Below, one piece after another: positions 63,801 to 64,000 of a stretch of 64,000 nucleotides of DNA (position 1 is its first letter; every line of letters starts with the position of its first letter). Under the pieces are notes generated by a model. That model saw nothing but the letters and a program-made list of their open reading frames with translations, was not told the origin of the DNA and ran no database searches. Both the position numbers and the translations under genes were made by a program. Origin of the DNA: Octopus sinensis (taxonomy: Eukaryota); assembly GCF_006345805.1 (NCBI RefSeq), contig NC_043001.1, forward strand, positions 100,812,001 through 100,876,000, written 5' to 3'.

Positions 63801-64000
63801 TATATAGTCAGAGGTATAGTCTGACAATTTTTAGCCACTGCTTTTGCTGTCTTCAAATTTAAACATACAGAAGAAAATGTTTACTTCTTTCAATTGAGAT
63901 AATATCCCCCAGTGTGTTATGAAGAACTTGCGTTGTTTTTAAGTTTATCTCTACGGATTTTCAGGGCTAGTTCCAAATTCTACAGAACTAGGACACAGTA

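Overview
AT-rich eukaryotic DNA, very rich in microsatellites, that appears intergenic or deep-intronic. The repeat families (tRNA-headed CORE-like and Meta-like SINEs, (GAT)n-tailed RTE 3' ends, abundant TA/CA/AAT/ATCT arrays) resemble those I know from octopod cephalopods; this is recognition by eye, not a database result. I find no credible host protein-coding exon. Nearly all listed ORFs are translated microsatellites or decayed transposon reading frames. The window holds relics of Penelope-like elements (PLE; RT and GIY-YIG fragments), RTE, Crack/CR1, Hero and R4/Dong non-LTR elements, two internally deleted mariners, a Tigger/pogo relic, a Lep1-like Helitron and a possible solo LTR. The main hidden signal is a set of about 10 type-I hammerhead ribozyme (HHR) motifs. 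One has a fully intact core (61039-61102, minus). Several sit at or beside the symmetry axis of long fold-back elements (3023-3496, 33446-33865, 51247-52414). One forms the tail of a tRNA-headed, (AAT)n-linked SINE-like element into which a Dong 3' end has inserted (6663-7128). HHRs in PLEs are known in general; the fold-back and tRNA-headed architectures here are my inference and are untested. Identity percentages are by-eye estimates.
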